Shown: positions 1-8,260, counted from the first letter of the stretch. The stretch is 32,000 nt of DNA from Acidothermus cellulolyticus 11B (GCF_000015025.1 NC_008578.1:1410001-1442000), one strand, 5' to 3'. Notes: generated by a model not told the origin, from the sequence alone. Translations and numbers: made by a program.

Positions 1-352
1 CGTGCGTACCGCCATAGAACTTCGCCCACGCCGCCGGATCGCGGAGCCGGAAGTCAGCGCCGATGTCCACGACGAGCGCGCTCTCCGGGAGGGTGGCGGC
101 AATCGCCGCGGACTGACCGTGCGGCAGGGCGAGGAAGACGACGTCCGCGTCGCCGAGAACAGCGGGGTCGGTCGGCGCGAAGACCTGGTCAGCGAGATCG
201 ACCAGGTGCGGGTGAACCGCGCCGATCGGCTGTCCGGCGTGGCTCGCCGCCGTCGCGACCGCAAGCTCGAGCTCCGGATGGGCAGCAATCAGCCGGAGCA
301 GTTCGCCGCCGGAGTACCCGCTGGCCCCGGCCACCGCGACCCGCGCACCCAT
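1..352 (-). CDS. argC: N-acetyl-gamma-glutamyl-phosphate reductase (ArgC), first 117 codons; 3' end runs off the left edge
   Basis: Absent from the ORF track because it is edge-truncated. Hand translation of the minus strand from ATG 352 gives [117 protein letters not shown]. This has the GASGYxGxEL NAD-binding N-terminus and the ALPHG and DxGADFRL blocks typical of ArgC. AAGGAGG lies at 363..357, 4 nt before the ATG. pheT followed by argC is the usual actinobacterial order. Confidence 0.88.
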   Translation of the reverse strand, partial: MGARVAVAGASGYSGGELLRLIAAHPELELAVATAASHAGQPIGAVHPHLVDLADQVFAPTDPAVLGDADVVFLALPHGQSAAIAATLPESALVVDIGADFRLRDPAAWAKFYGGTH

Positions 353-498
353 CGCCCCTCCTTACTTCTGCGGCCACTGTGCGCCCGGCGGACGACGCCG
401 GCGCGCCACCGGCACGTCACCCCGTCCACCCCGGGACGTTCGCGCTGAGTCGGTGCGGCGGCTCCGCCGGCCGGCGACACGGCCGGGCTATTCAGTCG

Positions 499-516
499 AC
501 TGCATAACTATACAAG
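499..516 (-). promoter_or_regulatory. Candidate ArgR operator (ARG-box-like imperfect palindrome) overlapping a TATAGT -10 hexamer upstream of argC
   Basis: This is the only AT-rich island in the 320-nt pheT-argC spacer. The minus strand reads cTTGTATAGTTATGCAGTc. TGTATA-GT-TATGCA is a palindrome with one mismatch. TATAGT (512..507) fits TANNNT. It lies about 150 nt upstream of the argC ATG. Confidence 0.35.
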
Positions 517-549
517 ACGGGTGGAGGGGGCGGGCTCAAGGGCAGCGCA

Positions 550-653
550 GGGTCGGGCGGAGAGAACGGGGGCTGGGTCGGGCCGACGGAACGGAGGCGG
601 GGTTGGGCCGAGAGGACCGCGGCGGGGTGTCGGGCCGAGGGAAGGGCCGCGGT
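550..653. repeat. Four imperfect tandem repeats of 25-27 bp, G-rich on the plus strand and C-rich on the minus-strand transcript
   Basis: The units are 550-574 GGGTCGGGCGGAGAGAACGGGGGCT, 575-599 GGGTCGGGCCGACGGAACGGAGGCG, 600-626 GGGTTGGGCCGAGAGGACCGCGGCGGG and 627-653 GTGTCGGGCCGAGGGAAGGGCCGCGGT. The shared core is G(G/T)GT(C/T)GGGC(C/G)GA. The array is intergenic, just downstream of the pheT stop at 674. Confidence 0.8.
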
Positions 654-673
654 GTGGCTCGCGGCCGGTCGCG

Positions 674-3148
674 CTACCCGCGCAAGACGGCACCGACCCG
701 TCGGGCGGCCTCCGCCACCGCGGCGTCGCGGAGCGCGATGACCTCGTCGGTCTCAAGCGTCCGGTCGGGCGCCCGGAACCGCAGGGTGTAGGCGAGCGAT
801 TTGCGGCCGGCTCCGAGCTGGGGCCCGCTGTAGACGTCAAAGAGCCGAATCTCCTCGAGCAGCGGCCCGGCTCCGGTGCGCAGCGCCGCCTCGACCTCGG
901 CGGCCGGGACACCGGCGTCGACCACCACGGCGACGTCCAGATTCGCGACCGGAAACGTGGAGATCACCGGAGCCTGGACTGGGCCGCCTGCCTGCCTGAG
1001 CAGAGCCGTCACATTGATCTCGGCTGCACAGGTGCGGGGCGGCAACTCCAGGGCCGCCAGGACCCGTGGATGCAGTTCGCCGGCGAAGCCGATCGGCTGA
1101 CCGTCGCCGACGGCCAGAGCCGCGCACCGACCCGGATGCCACGGCGCCATGTCACTCGCGGCAACCCGCAGCGCCACGCCGAGGCTGCCGGCCACCTCCC
1201 GCATGGCTTCGATCGCATCGGCCCAGCCGGCCGGCCGCCCGGTCCCCCACCAGCCGCGGCGTTCCATCGCGCCGACCAGCACGACGGCCAGGTGCAGCGG
1301 TTGTTCCGGCAGCGCGGCGTCCAGCGCGGCGAGCTCCTCCTCCGTCGGACGCCGGTCCACCCCGGGACGCGGGGCCCGCAATTGCCCGGTCGGCGAGCCG
1401 AGGAAGACCACCCCGATCTCGAAGAGCGCCAAGTCGGCCGCGCCTCGGGAGAGGTTCCGCCGGGCGACCGCGAACAGCCCGGGAAGCAGCGTGGTCCGCA
1501 GCAGCGGCTCGCCCTCGTCGAGCGGGTTGGCAAGCCGGACGGCACGCCGGCGCAGATCCGCCGCCGGCAATCCGAAACGGTCGGGGATGTCGGCCGCCAT
1601 GAACGGGTAGCTCAACACCTCGACGTACCCGCGGGCGGCGAGTACCCGGCCGATGAGCCGGCGCCGGCGTTGCTCCTCGGTGAGACCCCGACCGACCGGC
1701 GCCCGGGGCAGCACGCTCGGCAGCCGGTCGTATCCCTCGAGGCGGATCACCTCTTCAGCGAGATCGTTTGGGTCGGTGAGGTCGGGTCGCCACGACGGGG
1801 GGACGACGTCCAACCTCCCACCGGCTGCCCGAACCTGGCAGCCGATCTGTTCCAGGCGGCGGACGACGACGGCCGGCCCGTAGTCGAGACCAGCCACCCG
1901 GTCGGGATGATCTGCCGGGATGGTGATGACCGCGGGCGCTGCTGGCGCACCGACATCAGTCACCGCACCGATCCGAGCGCCACCGTGCCGGGCGAGCAGG
2001 TCCGCAGCCCGGGCGGCGGCGACCGGCGGCAGCTGCGGATCGACGCCGCGCTCGAACCGCCGGGACGCTTCAGTCGCGAGCTTGTGCCGGCGGGCCATCC
2101 GGGCAACCGATACGGCGTCGAAGTGCGCTGCTTCGAGGACGACGTCCGTGCTGGTCGCGTCGATTTCGGTGGTTGCGCCGCCCATCGTCCCGGCCAGGCC
2201 GATCGGACCGGAGTCGTCCACGATGAGCAGATCACCGGGGTCCAGCGTGCGGTCCACGGTGTCGAGGGTGGTGAGCCGCTCTCCCGACCGGGCGCGCCGG
2301 ACGCCGATCGGGCCGCGGAGTTTGGTCGCGTCATAGGCGTGCAACGGCTGGCCGAGCTCGAGCATCACGTAGTTCGTCACGTCGACGGCGAGAGAGATCG
2401 GCCGCATCCCGCAGGCCCACAGCCGCCGGCGCATGACGAACGGCGTGCGCGCGGCGGCGTTGATGCTGGTCACCGTCCAGGCCACGAAACGGTCACAGCC
2501 GGCCGGATCCTCGATCCGAACCGGCCTACCGGTGCCTGCGCCCGGCGGGAGCTGGACCTCCGCTGGATCACGGAAGCCGGTGTCGAGCGCAACGGCCAAT
2601 TCGCGCGCGACACCCCGGACCGACAGGCAGTAGCCGCGGTCCGGGCTGACCGCAATGTCCAGGACGTCGTCGCGAAGATCGAGGGCCTTCGCGGCGTCCA
2701 CGCCCACCGGAGCATCCGGGTCGACCACCACGATGCCGGTGTGGTCGTCACCGATGCGCAGCTCCCGGGCGGAGCAGATCATCCCGTCGGAGAGGTGACC
2801 GTAGGCCTTCCGCGCCTCGATGGCGAAGCCGCCGGGCAGGACCGCGCCCGGCAGGGCGACGATCACCTTGTCCCCGACGCGGAAGTTCTGCGCCCCGCAG
2901 ATGATTCCGCGGGTGCCGGCCTCGCCGACGTCCACCTGGCAGTAGCGGATGGTCTTCCGGTTGGAGGCGACGAATTCGTCGATGCCGACGACCTGCCCGA
3001 TGACCAGCGGACCGGCCAGATCGGCGCCCAGCGGTTCGACGGCCTCGACCTCCAGCCCGATGCGCAGCAGGGCATCGGCGATCCGGCGACCAGATGCGCC
3101 GGGCGGCAGGTCCACGTACTCGCCAAGCCAGGAGACCGGAACCCGCAT
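674..3148 (-). CDS. pheT: Phenylalanine--tRNA ligase beta subunit (824 aa)
   Basis: ORF 674..3418 trimmed to ATG 3148. The product then begins [17 protein letters not shown], the canonical PheT N-terminus. The start lies 2 nt after the pheS stop (TGAcgATG). The extra 90 upstream codons overlap pheS out of frame. Confidence 0.95.
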   Translation of the reverse strand: MRVPVSWLGEYVDLPPGASGRRIADALLRIGLEVEAVEPLGADLAGPLVIGQVVGIDEFVASNRKTIRYCQVDVGEAGTRGIICGAQNFRVGDKVIVALPGAVLPGGFAIEARKAYGHLSDGMICSARELRIGDDHTGIVVVDPDAPVGVDAAKALDLRDDVLDIAVSPDRGYCLSVRGVARELAVALDTGFRDPAEVQLPPGAGTGRPVRIEDPAGCDRFVAWTVTSINAAARTPFVMRRRLWACGMRPISLAVDVTNYVMLELGQPLHAYDATKLRGPIGVRRARSGERLTTLDTVDRTLDPGDLLIVDDSGPIGLAGTMGGATTEIDATSTDVVLEAAHFDAVSVARMARRHKLATEASRRFERGVDPQLPPVAAARAADLLARHGGARIGAVTDVGAPAAPAVITIPADHPDRVAGLDYGPAVVVRRLEQIGCQVRAAGGRLDVVPPSWRPDLTDPNDLAEEVIRLEGYDRLPSVLPRAPVGRGLTEEQRRRRLIGRVLAARGYVEVLSYPFMAADIPDRFGLPAADLRRRAVRLANPLDEGEPLLRTTLLPGLFAVARRNLSRGAADLALFEIGVVFLGSPTGQLRAPRPGVDRRPTEEELAALDAALPEQPLHLAVVLVGAMERRGWWGTGRPAGWADAIEAMREVAGSLGVALRVAASDMAPWHPGRCAALAVGDGQPIGFAGELHPRVLAALELPPRTCAAEINVTALLRQAGGPVQAPVISTFPVANLDVAVVVDAGVPAAEVEAALRTGAGPLLEEIRLFDVYSGPQLGAGRKSLAYTLRFRAPDRTLETDEVIALRDAAVAEAARRVGAVLRG

Positions 3149-3150
3149 CG

Positions 3151-4248
3151 TCACACCTCCACACCGAAGGCGGTGGTGAAACGGACGTCGCCCTCGACGA
3201 TGTCGTGCATGTCCCGCACGCCGTGGCGGAACATCAACGTCCGTTCGATCCCGATCCCGAACGCGAACGCGGTGTACCGGGCAGGGTCGATGCCGCAGGC
3301 GACCAGAACCCGCGGATTGGTGACCCCGCAGCCGCCCCACTCGATCCAGCCCTCGGAGTTGCACGTCCGGCAGGGCGCATCCGGGTTGTCCACTGACGCA
3401 CCGCGGCAGACGAAGCACCGCAGGTCGACCTCGGCACTGGGCTCGGTGAACGGGAAGTACGACGGCCGGAGCCGGCTCTCCACCTCCGGCCCGAACATTG
3501 CGCGGGCGAAGGCGTCGAGCGTGCCCTTGAGGTGGGCCATCGTGATCCCCTCGTCGACGACCAACCCTTCGACCTGGTGGAACACCGGGGTGTGGGTCGC
3601 GTCGAGCTCATCGGTGCGGTAGGTCCGGCCCGGGCAGATCACGTAGATCGGCGGACGGCGGGTGAGCATTGCCCGGGCCTGAGCCGGCGAGGTGTGGGTG
3701 CGGAGGACAACGCCGGAATCAGGGCTTGCCACCCAGAAGGTGTCCTGCATGCTGCGCGCCGGATGGTCCGGCGGAATGTTGAGGGCGTCGAAGTTGTACC
3801 ACTCGGCTTCCACCTCCGGCCCTTCGACGACCTCGTATCCCATGGCGACGAAGACGTCGACGATCCGTTCCTGCAGGGTGGTCAGCGGATGCCGGGCGCC
3901 GAGGGGATGCCGGTCCCACGGCAGCGACACGTCGACGGTCTCCTCGGCGAGGATCCGCTGGTCCCGCTCGGCGAGGAGCTCGGCTTCCCGGGCGGCCAAT
4001 GCCGCCATGACGGCGGCCCGGGCCTGGTTCACCCGCCGGCCGGCGTCCGCCCGGGCTTGCGGCGGGAGAGCACCGATCTCGCGGTTGGCAAGGGCGAGCG
4101 GCGACCGGTCGCCGACATGGGCGATGCGGACCGCCTGCAACTCCGCAAGGTCGGCGGCGGCCCGGATGGCGGCCAGGGCGTCCTCGCGGTAGCGCTCGAT
4201 CTCCTCGGCGTGCAACGGGGTCACCTCGACGGGGTCGTAGTCGGTCAT
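3151..4248 (-). CDS. pheS: Phenylalanine--tRNA ligase alpha subunit (365 aa)
   Basis: Full ORF starting [28 protein letters not shown]. Class II synthetase blocks are present: [23 protein letters not shown] and [17 protein letters not shown]. It lies immediately upstream of pheT. Confidence 0.95.
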   Translation of the reverse strand: MTDYDPVEVTPLHAEEIERYREDALAAIRAAADLAELQAVRIAHVGDRSPLALANREIGALPPQARADAGRRVNQARAAVMAALAAREAELLAERDQRILAEETVDVSLPWDRHPLGARHPLTTLQERIVDVFVAMGYEVVEGPEVEAEWYNFDALNIPPDHPARSMQDTFWVASPDSGVVLRTHTSPAQARAMLTRRPPIYVICPGRTYRTDELDATHTPVFHQVEGLVVDEGITMAHLKGTLDAFARAMFGPEVESRLRPSYFPFTEPSAEVDLRCFVCRGASVDNPDAPCRTCNSEGWIEWGGCGVTNPRVLVACGIDPARYTAFAFGIGIERTLMFRHGVRDMHDIVEGDVRFTTAFGVEV

Positions 4249-4305
4249 CGGAGCAGGGAGAGTGTGCGCCGTGGTCCGTGTGCAGTCTAGGGATCGCCCA
4301 GCAGG

Positions 4306-5313
4306 TCACCGAGCGAACGGTGGGGTGCCGGCGGGAAACCGGACCCGGAACAGCGCGCCGCCACCCGGGGCGTCGTCCACCGAGACCGTGCCGCCGTGCG
4401 CTTCCACCAGACCCTTGACGATGTACAACCCGAGGCCGGTGCCGCCGTACCGCCCTGCGCGCCAGAACCGACGGAAGATGAGCGGACGGACCTCCGGCGG
4501 AACGCCGTCACCCTGATCCGTGACGGTGATGTCGACACCCTCCCCCGGAGCTGGTGCAACGTGGACCGTCACCGTGCCGCGACCATGCCGAATCGCGTTG
4601 TCCACCAGATTGGCCAGAACCTGATCGAGCTTGTCGGGGTCGAGCCAGACCTCCGGCAGCTCGCCGTCGACGATCACGGAGAACCGCTGCGGAGACTCGC
4701 CGGCCGCCACGCGGCCTGCCACCACCCGCGCCGCCGCGGCGCCGACGTCAACCACCTGGCGATGGAGTTCAAGACGGTCGGCGTCGATTCGGGAGACGTC
4801 CAGCAGTTCGCCGATGAGGCGGGTCACCCGGTCGGCGTCCGCGTTCACTGTCTCGAGCATGAGCTTGCGCTGTTCGTCGGTGAACCGATCCCACTTGTGC
4901 AGCAGCGTTGCGGTGAAGCCCTTGACGCTGGTCAGGGGTGAGCGGAGTTCGTGCGCCACGGTGGAGATCAGCTCGGCTCGGTCCCGCTCGGCGCGTTCCC
5001 GGGCCGCCGCCGCACGAAAGCTCACGACCAATCGGCTGACCGGAGCGCCGCGGGCTTCGCGGACGAACCGGGCGGTGACGAGAAGCTCGCGGCCGTCGGG
5101 CAGGAGGAGCCGCCGCTCGCAGTCGCGGCCGGCGGTGTCGACCAACGGCAGGACGGAACGGAAATCGCGGCCCAGCGCGGCATCCGCGGAACACTGCAGG
5201 AGACGGGCGCCCATTTCGTTGAGCAGCACCACCCGCCCAGCGTCGTCCGCGATCAACAAGCCGTCGGGCAGCAGGTCAAAGGCCGTCTTCTCGGCCTCGA
5301 CCGGTCCGGCCAT
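4306..5313 (-). CDS. Cytoplasmic PAS-domain sensor histidine kinase, orphan (no response regulator adjacent), 335 aa
   Basis: H-box STVAHELRSPLTSVKGF, N-box LANLVDNAIRHG, G1 DQGDGV and G2 GGTGLGLYIVKGLV are all present. The N-terminal part is PAS-like (LLPDGLLIADDAGRVVLLNEMGARLL). No hydrophobic membrane segment is seen. I moved the start from 5355 to ATG 5313 (MAGPVEAEK) because GGGAGG lies 4 nt upstream of it. Confidence 0.85.
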   Translation of the reverse strand: MAGPVEAEKTAFDLLPDGLLIADDAGRVVLLNEMGARLLQCSADAALGRDFRSVLPLVDTAGRDCERRLLLPDGRELLVTARFVREARGAPVSRLVVSFRAAAARERAERDRAELISTVAHELRSPLTSVKGFTATLLHKWDRFTDEQRKLMLETVNADADRVTRLIGELLDVSRIDADRLELHRQVVDVGAAAARVVAGRVAAGESPQRFSVIVDGELPEVWLDPDKLDQVLANLVDNAIRHGRGTVTVHVAPAPGEGVDITVTDQGDGVPPEVRPLIFRRFWRAGRYGGTGLGLYIVKGLVEAHGGTVSVDDAPGGGALFRVRFPAGTPPFAR

Positions 5314-5500
5314 GCCACCTCCCGCGCCACGTTGCCGATCGCCCGCGTGACCCAACCCGGCGACGAACGTCTCGGCGGAACCCTATCGAGCGAGGGCACG
5401 GCCCGTCATCCACCGAACGTTCCGAATCGGTGGGAAAGCGGCAGACAGTGGCATACGGCCAGTCGGACGAGAGGTGCGGAACGCCTCCTGCGTGCAGCCG

Positions 5501-5875
5501 TCAGCTGCTCGTTGGGGCGACGCTCAACGCATCCCGTGCCGTGCCGACGAGCGCAGCGAAGGTGGCTTCGTCCCGCACTGCCAAGTCGGCGAGCATCTTC
5601 CGGTCGACGTCAACCCCGGCAAGCTTCAGCCCTTGAATGAGCCGGTTGTAGGTGATGCCCTGCGCCCGGGCCGCCGCATTGATCCGTTGAATCCAGAGCC
5701 GGCGGAAATCCCCCTTCCGCGCCTTGCGATCCCGGTAGCTGTACGCCATCGAGTGGAGCACCTGCTCCTTGGCCTTGCGGTACAACCGGGAACGCTGGCC
5801 GCGATAGCCGCTGGCCTGCTCGAGAATGACCCGCCGCTTCTTCTGAGCGTTTACCGCGCGCTTGACCCGTGCCAC
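5501..5875 (-). CDS. rplT: 50S ribosomal protein L20 (124 aa)
   Basis: [39 protein letters not shown]... is the canonical L20 sequence. It follows rpmI. Confidence 0.97.
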
Positions 5876-5947
5876 GTCACACCTTCCTCGTCTCGGACCG
5901 ACCTCTGCCTCACGCCCACTGCCTGCCGCAATCCGCGAGCCGCTCGG

Positions 5948-6142
5948 TTACCTGCCAAGCAGCCGTCGCATCCGTGCGGTGTCAGCGGCAGCGACCGGAA
6001 CCTCGTTCCACAGCCGCCGGGTGCGGCGACTCGGCTTGTGCTCCAGCAGGTGGTTGCGGTTGGCGCGCCGCCGCATCAGCTTGCCGGTTCCGGTGACCCG
6101 GAACCGCTTCCCCGCGCCGGTATGAGTCTTGAACTTCGGCAT
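5948..6142 (-). CDS. rpmI: 50S ribosomal protein L35 (64 aa)
   Basis: [36 protein letters not shown] is the canonical L35 sequence. GAAGGGA lies upstream of the ATG. Confidence 0.97.
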   Translation of the reverse strand: MPKFKTHTGAGKRFRVTGTGKLMRRRANRNHLLEHKPSRRTRRLWNEVPVAAADTARMRRLLGR

Positions 6143-6304
6143 TGCCGGTCCCTTCGTATCCCGTCACAGTCGTCTGCCGGCCGCAGCGCGCCGGACGCCG
6201 GCCGCCGGTCGGGTGTGGCCGTTCCCGCGCATTCGCGCGCGGAGTTCGTCCACGCCTCCCCCGCCGTGCGCGTCCACGCACCGAGGTTGCGACCCCATCA
6301 TCGC

Positions 6305-6898
6305 CTACTGCCCGGCACCCCGTTCAGCGGCCTTCTCCGCCGCCCGCGCGGCGAGCTCCCGAGCCCGCTCCGCACGGTACTCGGACTTCTTCTTGTGCGG
6401 GCCCAAGATCATGGTCATGTTCCGGCCATCAAGCTTCGGAGCCGCTTCGACGTACCCCAGGTCGGCGACATCCTCGGCCAGCCGTTGGAGGAGGCGGAGT
6501 CCCATCTCCGGGCGGGACTGCTCCCGGCCTCGGAACATGATAGTGATCTTTACCTTGTCACCCTCGTTGAGGAATCGGACAACATGGTTCTTCTTCGTCT
6601 CGTAATCGTGATTATCGATCTTGGGCCGAAGCTTCATCTCTTTGATCACGGTCTGAGCCTGGTGCTTGCGGGCCTCCCGGGCCTTGACCGCGGATTCGTA
6701 TTTGAACTTGCCGTAGTCCATGAGCTTGACCACCGGCGGCCGCGCCATCGGTGCGACCTCCACCAGGTCAAGGTCAGCTTCTTCGGCCAACCGCAGGGCA
6801 TCTTCAATGCGGACGATGCCGACTTGCTCGCCATTGGGACCGACGAGTCGCACCTCAGGGGCACGAATCTGGTCGTTGATACGGGGTTCGACGCTGAT
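6305..6898 (-). CDS. infC: Translation initiation factor IF-3, probably initiating at a non-canonical ATC codon (197 aa)
   Basis: The conserved IF-3 core is present: [47 protein letters not shown]...[18 protein letters not shown]...IMFRGRE. The minus strand reads CCCAGGAGGAGGTCCC-ATC-AGC-GTC-GAA-CCC-CGT-ATC-AAC. This places a strong AGGAGGAGG SD 4-7 nt before in-frame ATC 6898. The canonical in-frame GTGs upstream (6982, 6940) have no SD. The next canonical start downstream would delete the conserved N-terminus. Confidence 0.88.
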   Translation of the reverse strand: MSVEPRINDQIRAPEVRLVGPNGEQVGIVRIEDALRLAEEADLDLVEVAPMARPPVVKLMDYGKFKYESAVKAREARKHQAQTVIKEMKLRPKIDNHDYETKKNHVVRFLNEGDKVKITIMFRGREQSRPEMGLRLLQRLAEDVADLGYVEAAPKLDGRNMTMILGPHKKKSEYRAERARELAARAAEKAAERGAGQ

Positions 6899-6991
6899 GG
6901 GACCTCCTCCTGGGCAATTGATCGCTTGGCGCTGTTCCACCGGCGCCGGTTCAGCGGATCGCCGATCCGCCGGGCCGACCACCGGTGCCGT

Positions 6992-7028
6992 GAGACACGA
7001 AAGCCCCGCACCGACTGCCGGCGGGGCT
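6992..7028 (-). terminator. Intrinsic-terminator-like hairpin with U-rich tail in the region upstream of infC (attenuator, or distal hisG terminator)
   Basis: The minus strand reads AGCCCCGC-cggcagtcggt-GCGGGGCT followed by TTCGTGTCTC. The 8-bp perfect GC-rich stem pairs 7028-7021 with 7009-7002. The T-rich tail is present only in the minus-strand orientation. Confidence 0.4.
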
Positions 7029-7128
7029 CCACAAGACGGCCGGACGCGCGAAGCGTCACCCGATCTGTTGATCGGCTTTGACCTGCCGGCGGAGCCGCCG
7101 ACGAGGTGGGATGATTCTCCACTTGTCG

Positions 7129-7146
7129 GTGACGCGGTCGCGTCAC
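7129..7146. repeat. Perfect 18-bp palindrome GTGACGCG-GT-CGCGTCAC; its right arm overlaps a GGTCGCGT direct repeat (second copy just outside, at 7148-7155)
   Basis: Seen directly in the sequence. The 8-bp arms are exact reverse complements. GGTCGCGT occurs at 7136-7143 and again at 7148-7155. On the minus strand the palindrome lies 10-27 nt upstream of a GAGAAT hexamer (7119..7114) that could be a -10 element for infC. Confidence 0.6.
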
Positions 7147-7226
7147 GGGTCGCGTAGTCAGGGTACCAGCCGCTGGGTAGGCGATCGGCGGGATCCGTTC
7201 ACCGGGCGGTCAGGGCAGGTGGGAAC

Positions 7227-7271
7227 TCCCGCACGTGGGCGCGCCCGGGCATGCGGCGTCACCCGGCGCCC
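7227..7271 (-). terminator. GC-rich hairpin immediately after the hisG stop (candidate U-tract-less terminator)
   Basis: The minus strand reads GGGCGCCGGG-tgacgccgcatg-CCCGGGCGCGCCC. About 10 bp pair, with two single-G bulges. It starts 3 nt after the TGA at 7276..7274. No U tail follows. Confidence 0.3.
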
Positions 7272-7273
7272 GA

Positions 7274-8149
7274 TCACTCGACGATCTTCGAGATCTCCAG
7301 TTCGAGAATGTCCCGCGCGCCGGCCGCCTTGAGGGTCGGAATCAACCGGTTGACGCCCTTTTTGGGGACGACGGATTCGACCGCGTGCATCGTGCCGGAT
7401 GCCAGGGCGGTGATCGTCGGCGATCCCATCGCCGGCAGCACCGCGAGGACGTCGGACAGCCGGTCGTCCGGCACGTTGAGCTTCAGGAGCACGTTGCCGC
7501 GGGCGCGGATCGCCCCCCGGAGAAGGAGTGCGATGTCTTCCATCGCGGCCCGCTTCTCGGGGTCTGCGTAGGCCGCGGCGTTGGTGATGAGCTCGGTGCG
7601 TGACACCAGCAGGATGTCGATGATCTTCAGTCCGTGCTTGCGCAGGCTCGTGCCGGTCTCGGTGAGGTCGACGATGGCGTCGACGATGTCGGGGACCTTC
7701 GCTTCCGTCGCCCCGTAACTGGGGATGATCGTCGCCTTGACGCCGATCTTCTCGAAGTAGCGGCGGGTGATCTCCGGAAACTCCGTGGAGATCCGCACAC
7801 CGTCAGGCAGATCGCTTCCGGACGTGGCCGGGTGATCCTTCGGGACGGCGAGCACGATCCGCACCGGGTTCGCCGTCGCCTTGGAGTACTCCAGCTCGCC
7901 AAGCGAGACGACGTCCGCGTCGGTCTCAGTGATCCAGTCACGGCCCGTGATGCCGAGGTCGAAGAGCTGCTGCGCGACGTACGTCGGAATCTCCTGCGGG
8001 CGCAGGAACCGGACCGTATCGATCCGCGGATCGTCGATGGACGCGTGGTAGTCGCGGTCGGACCCTCGGCTCACCGCAAGATCAGCCGCTGCGAAAAGCT
8101 CCAGCGTGGCGTGTTCGAGTGAACCTTTCGGAAGCACTAGGGAAAGCAC
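7274..8149 (-). CDS. hisG: ATP phosphoribosyltransferase, long form (291 aa)
   Basis: GTG start. MLSLVLPKGSLEHATLELFAAADL...RPQEIPTYVAQQLFDLGITGRDW...DLTETGTSLRKHGL is the HisG catalytic core. The C-terminal ~80 aa (NVLLKLNVPDDRLSDVLAVLPAMGSPTI...) match the regulatory domain of long-form enzymes. Confidence 0.95.
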   Translation of the reverse strand: MLSLVLPKGSLEHATLELFAAADLAVSRGSDRDYHASIDDPRIDTVRFLRPQEIPTYVAQQLFDLGITGRDWITETDADVVSLGELEYSKATANPVRIVLAVPKDHPATSGSDLPDGVRISTEFPEITRRYFEKIGVKATIIPSYGATEAKVPDIVDAIVDLTETGTSLRKHGLKIIDILLVSRTELITNAAAYADPEKRAAMEDIALLLRGAIRARGNVLLKLNVPDDRLSDVLAVLPAMGSPTITALASGTMHAVESVVPKKGVNRLIPTLKAAGARDILELEISKIVE

Positions 8150-8260
8150 ACGTCGCCCTTCTCGTCGTTCTCCGTCAATCGCCGTCGATGCCGCCCAGGC
8201 TGCACCTGCGCCGGCGCCTGCCGCCGCGGGAGATCCGCCTGGTCCGCACGCGGCCGGCGG

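Noticed and set aside
455-470. The 14-bp GC palindrome CGGCGG-CT-CCGCCG here, and its near twin CGGCGG-AG-CCGCCG at 7087-7100, as a REP-like dispersed element.
   Set aside because: There are only two copies. The GC-only composition is very low in complexity, and the 2-nt loop makes a stable hairpin unlikely. Chance recurrence in high-GC intergenic DNA cannot be excluded without a genome-wide count.
521-3622. Very long ORFs antisense to real genes. Examples are 521..3622 (+) opposite pheT/pheS, 5474..7081 (+) opposite rplT-infC, 11371..13641 (+), 14149..15825 (+), 22551..23819 (+), 24243..26156 (-) opposite the aminotransferase, and 27495..29444 (+) opposite priA.
   Set aside because: Their translations are Arg/Pro/Gly/Ala-rich low-complexity strings with no recognisable motifs. 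The opposite strand encodes highly conserved proteins. Stop-codon depletion in high-GC DNA routinely produces such shadow ORFs.
5410-5433. The hairpin CCACCGA-n10-TCGGTGG between rplT and the kinase gene as an rplT terminator.
   Set aside because: The stem is only 7 bp with a 10-nt loop, and no U-tract is present in either orientation. It is not distinguishable from background structure, so I left it unannotated.
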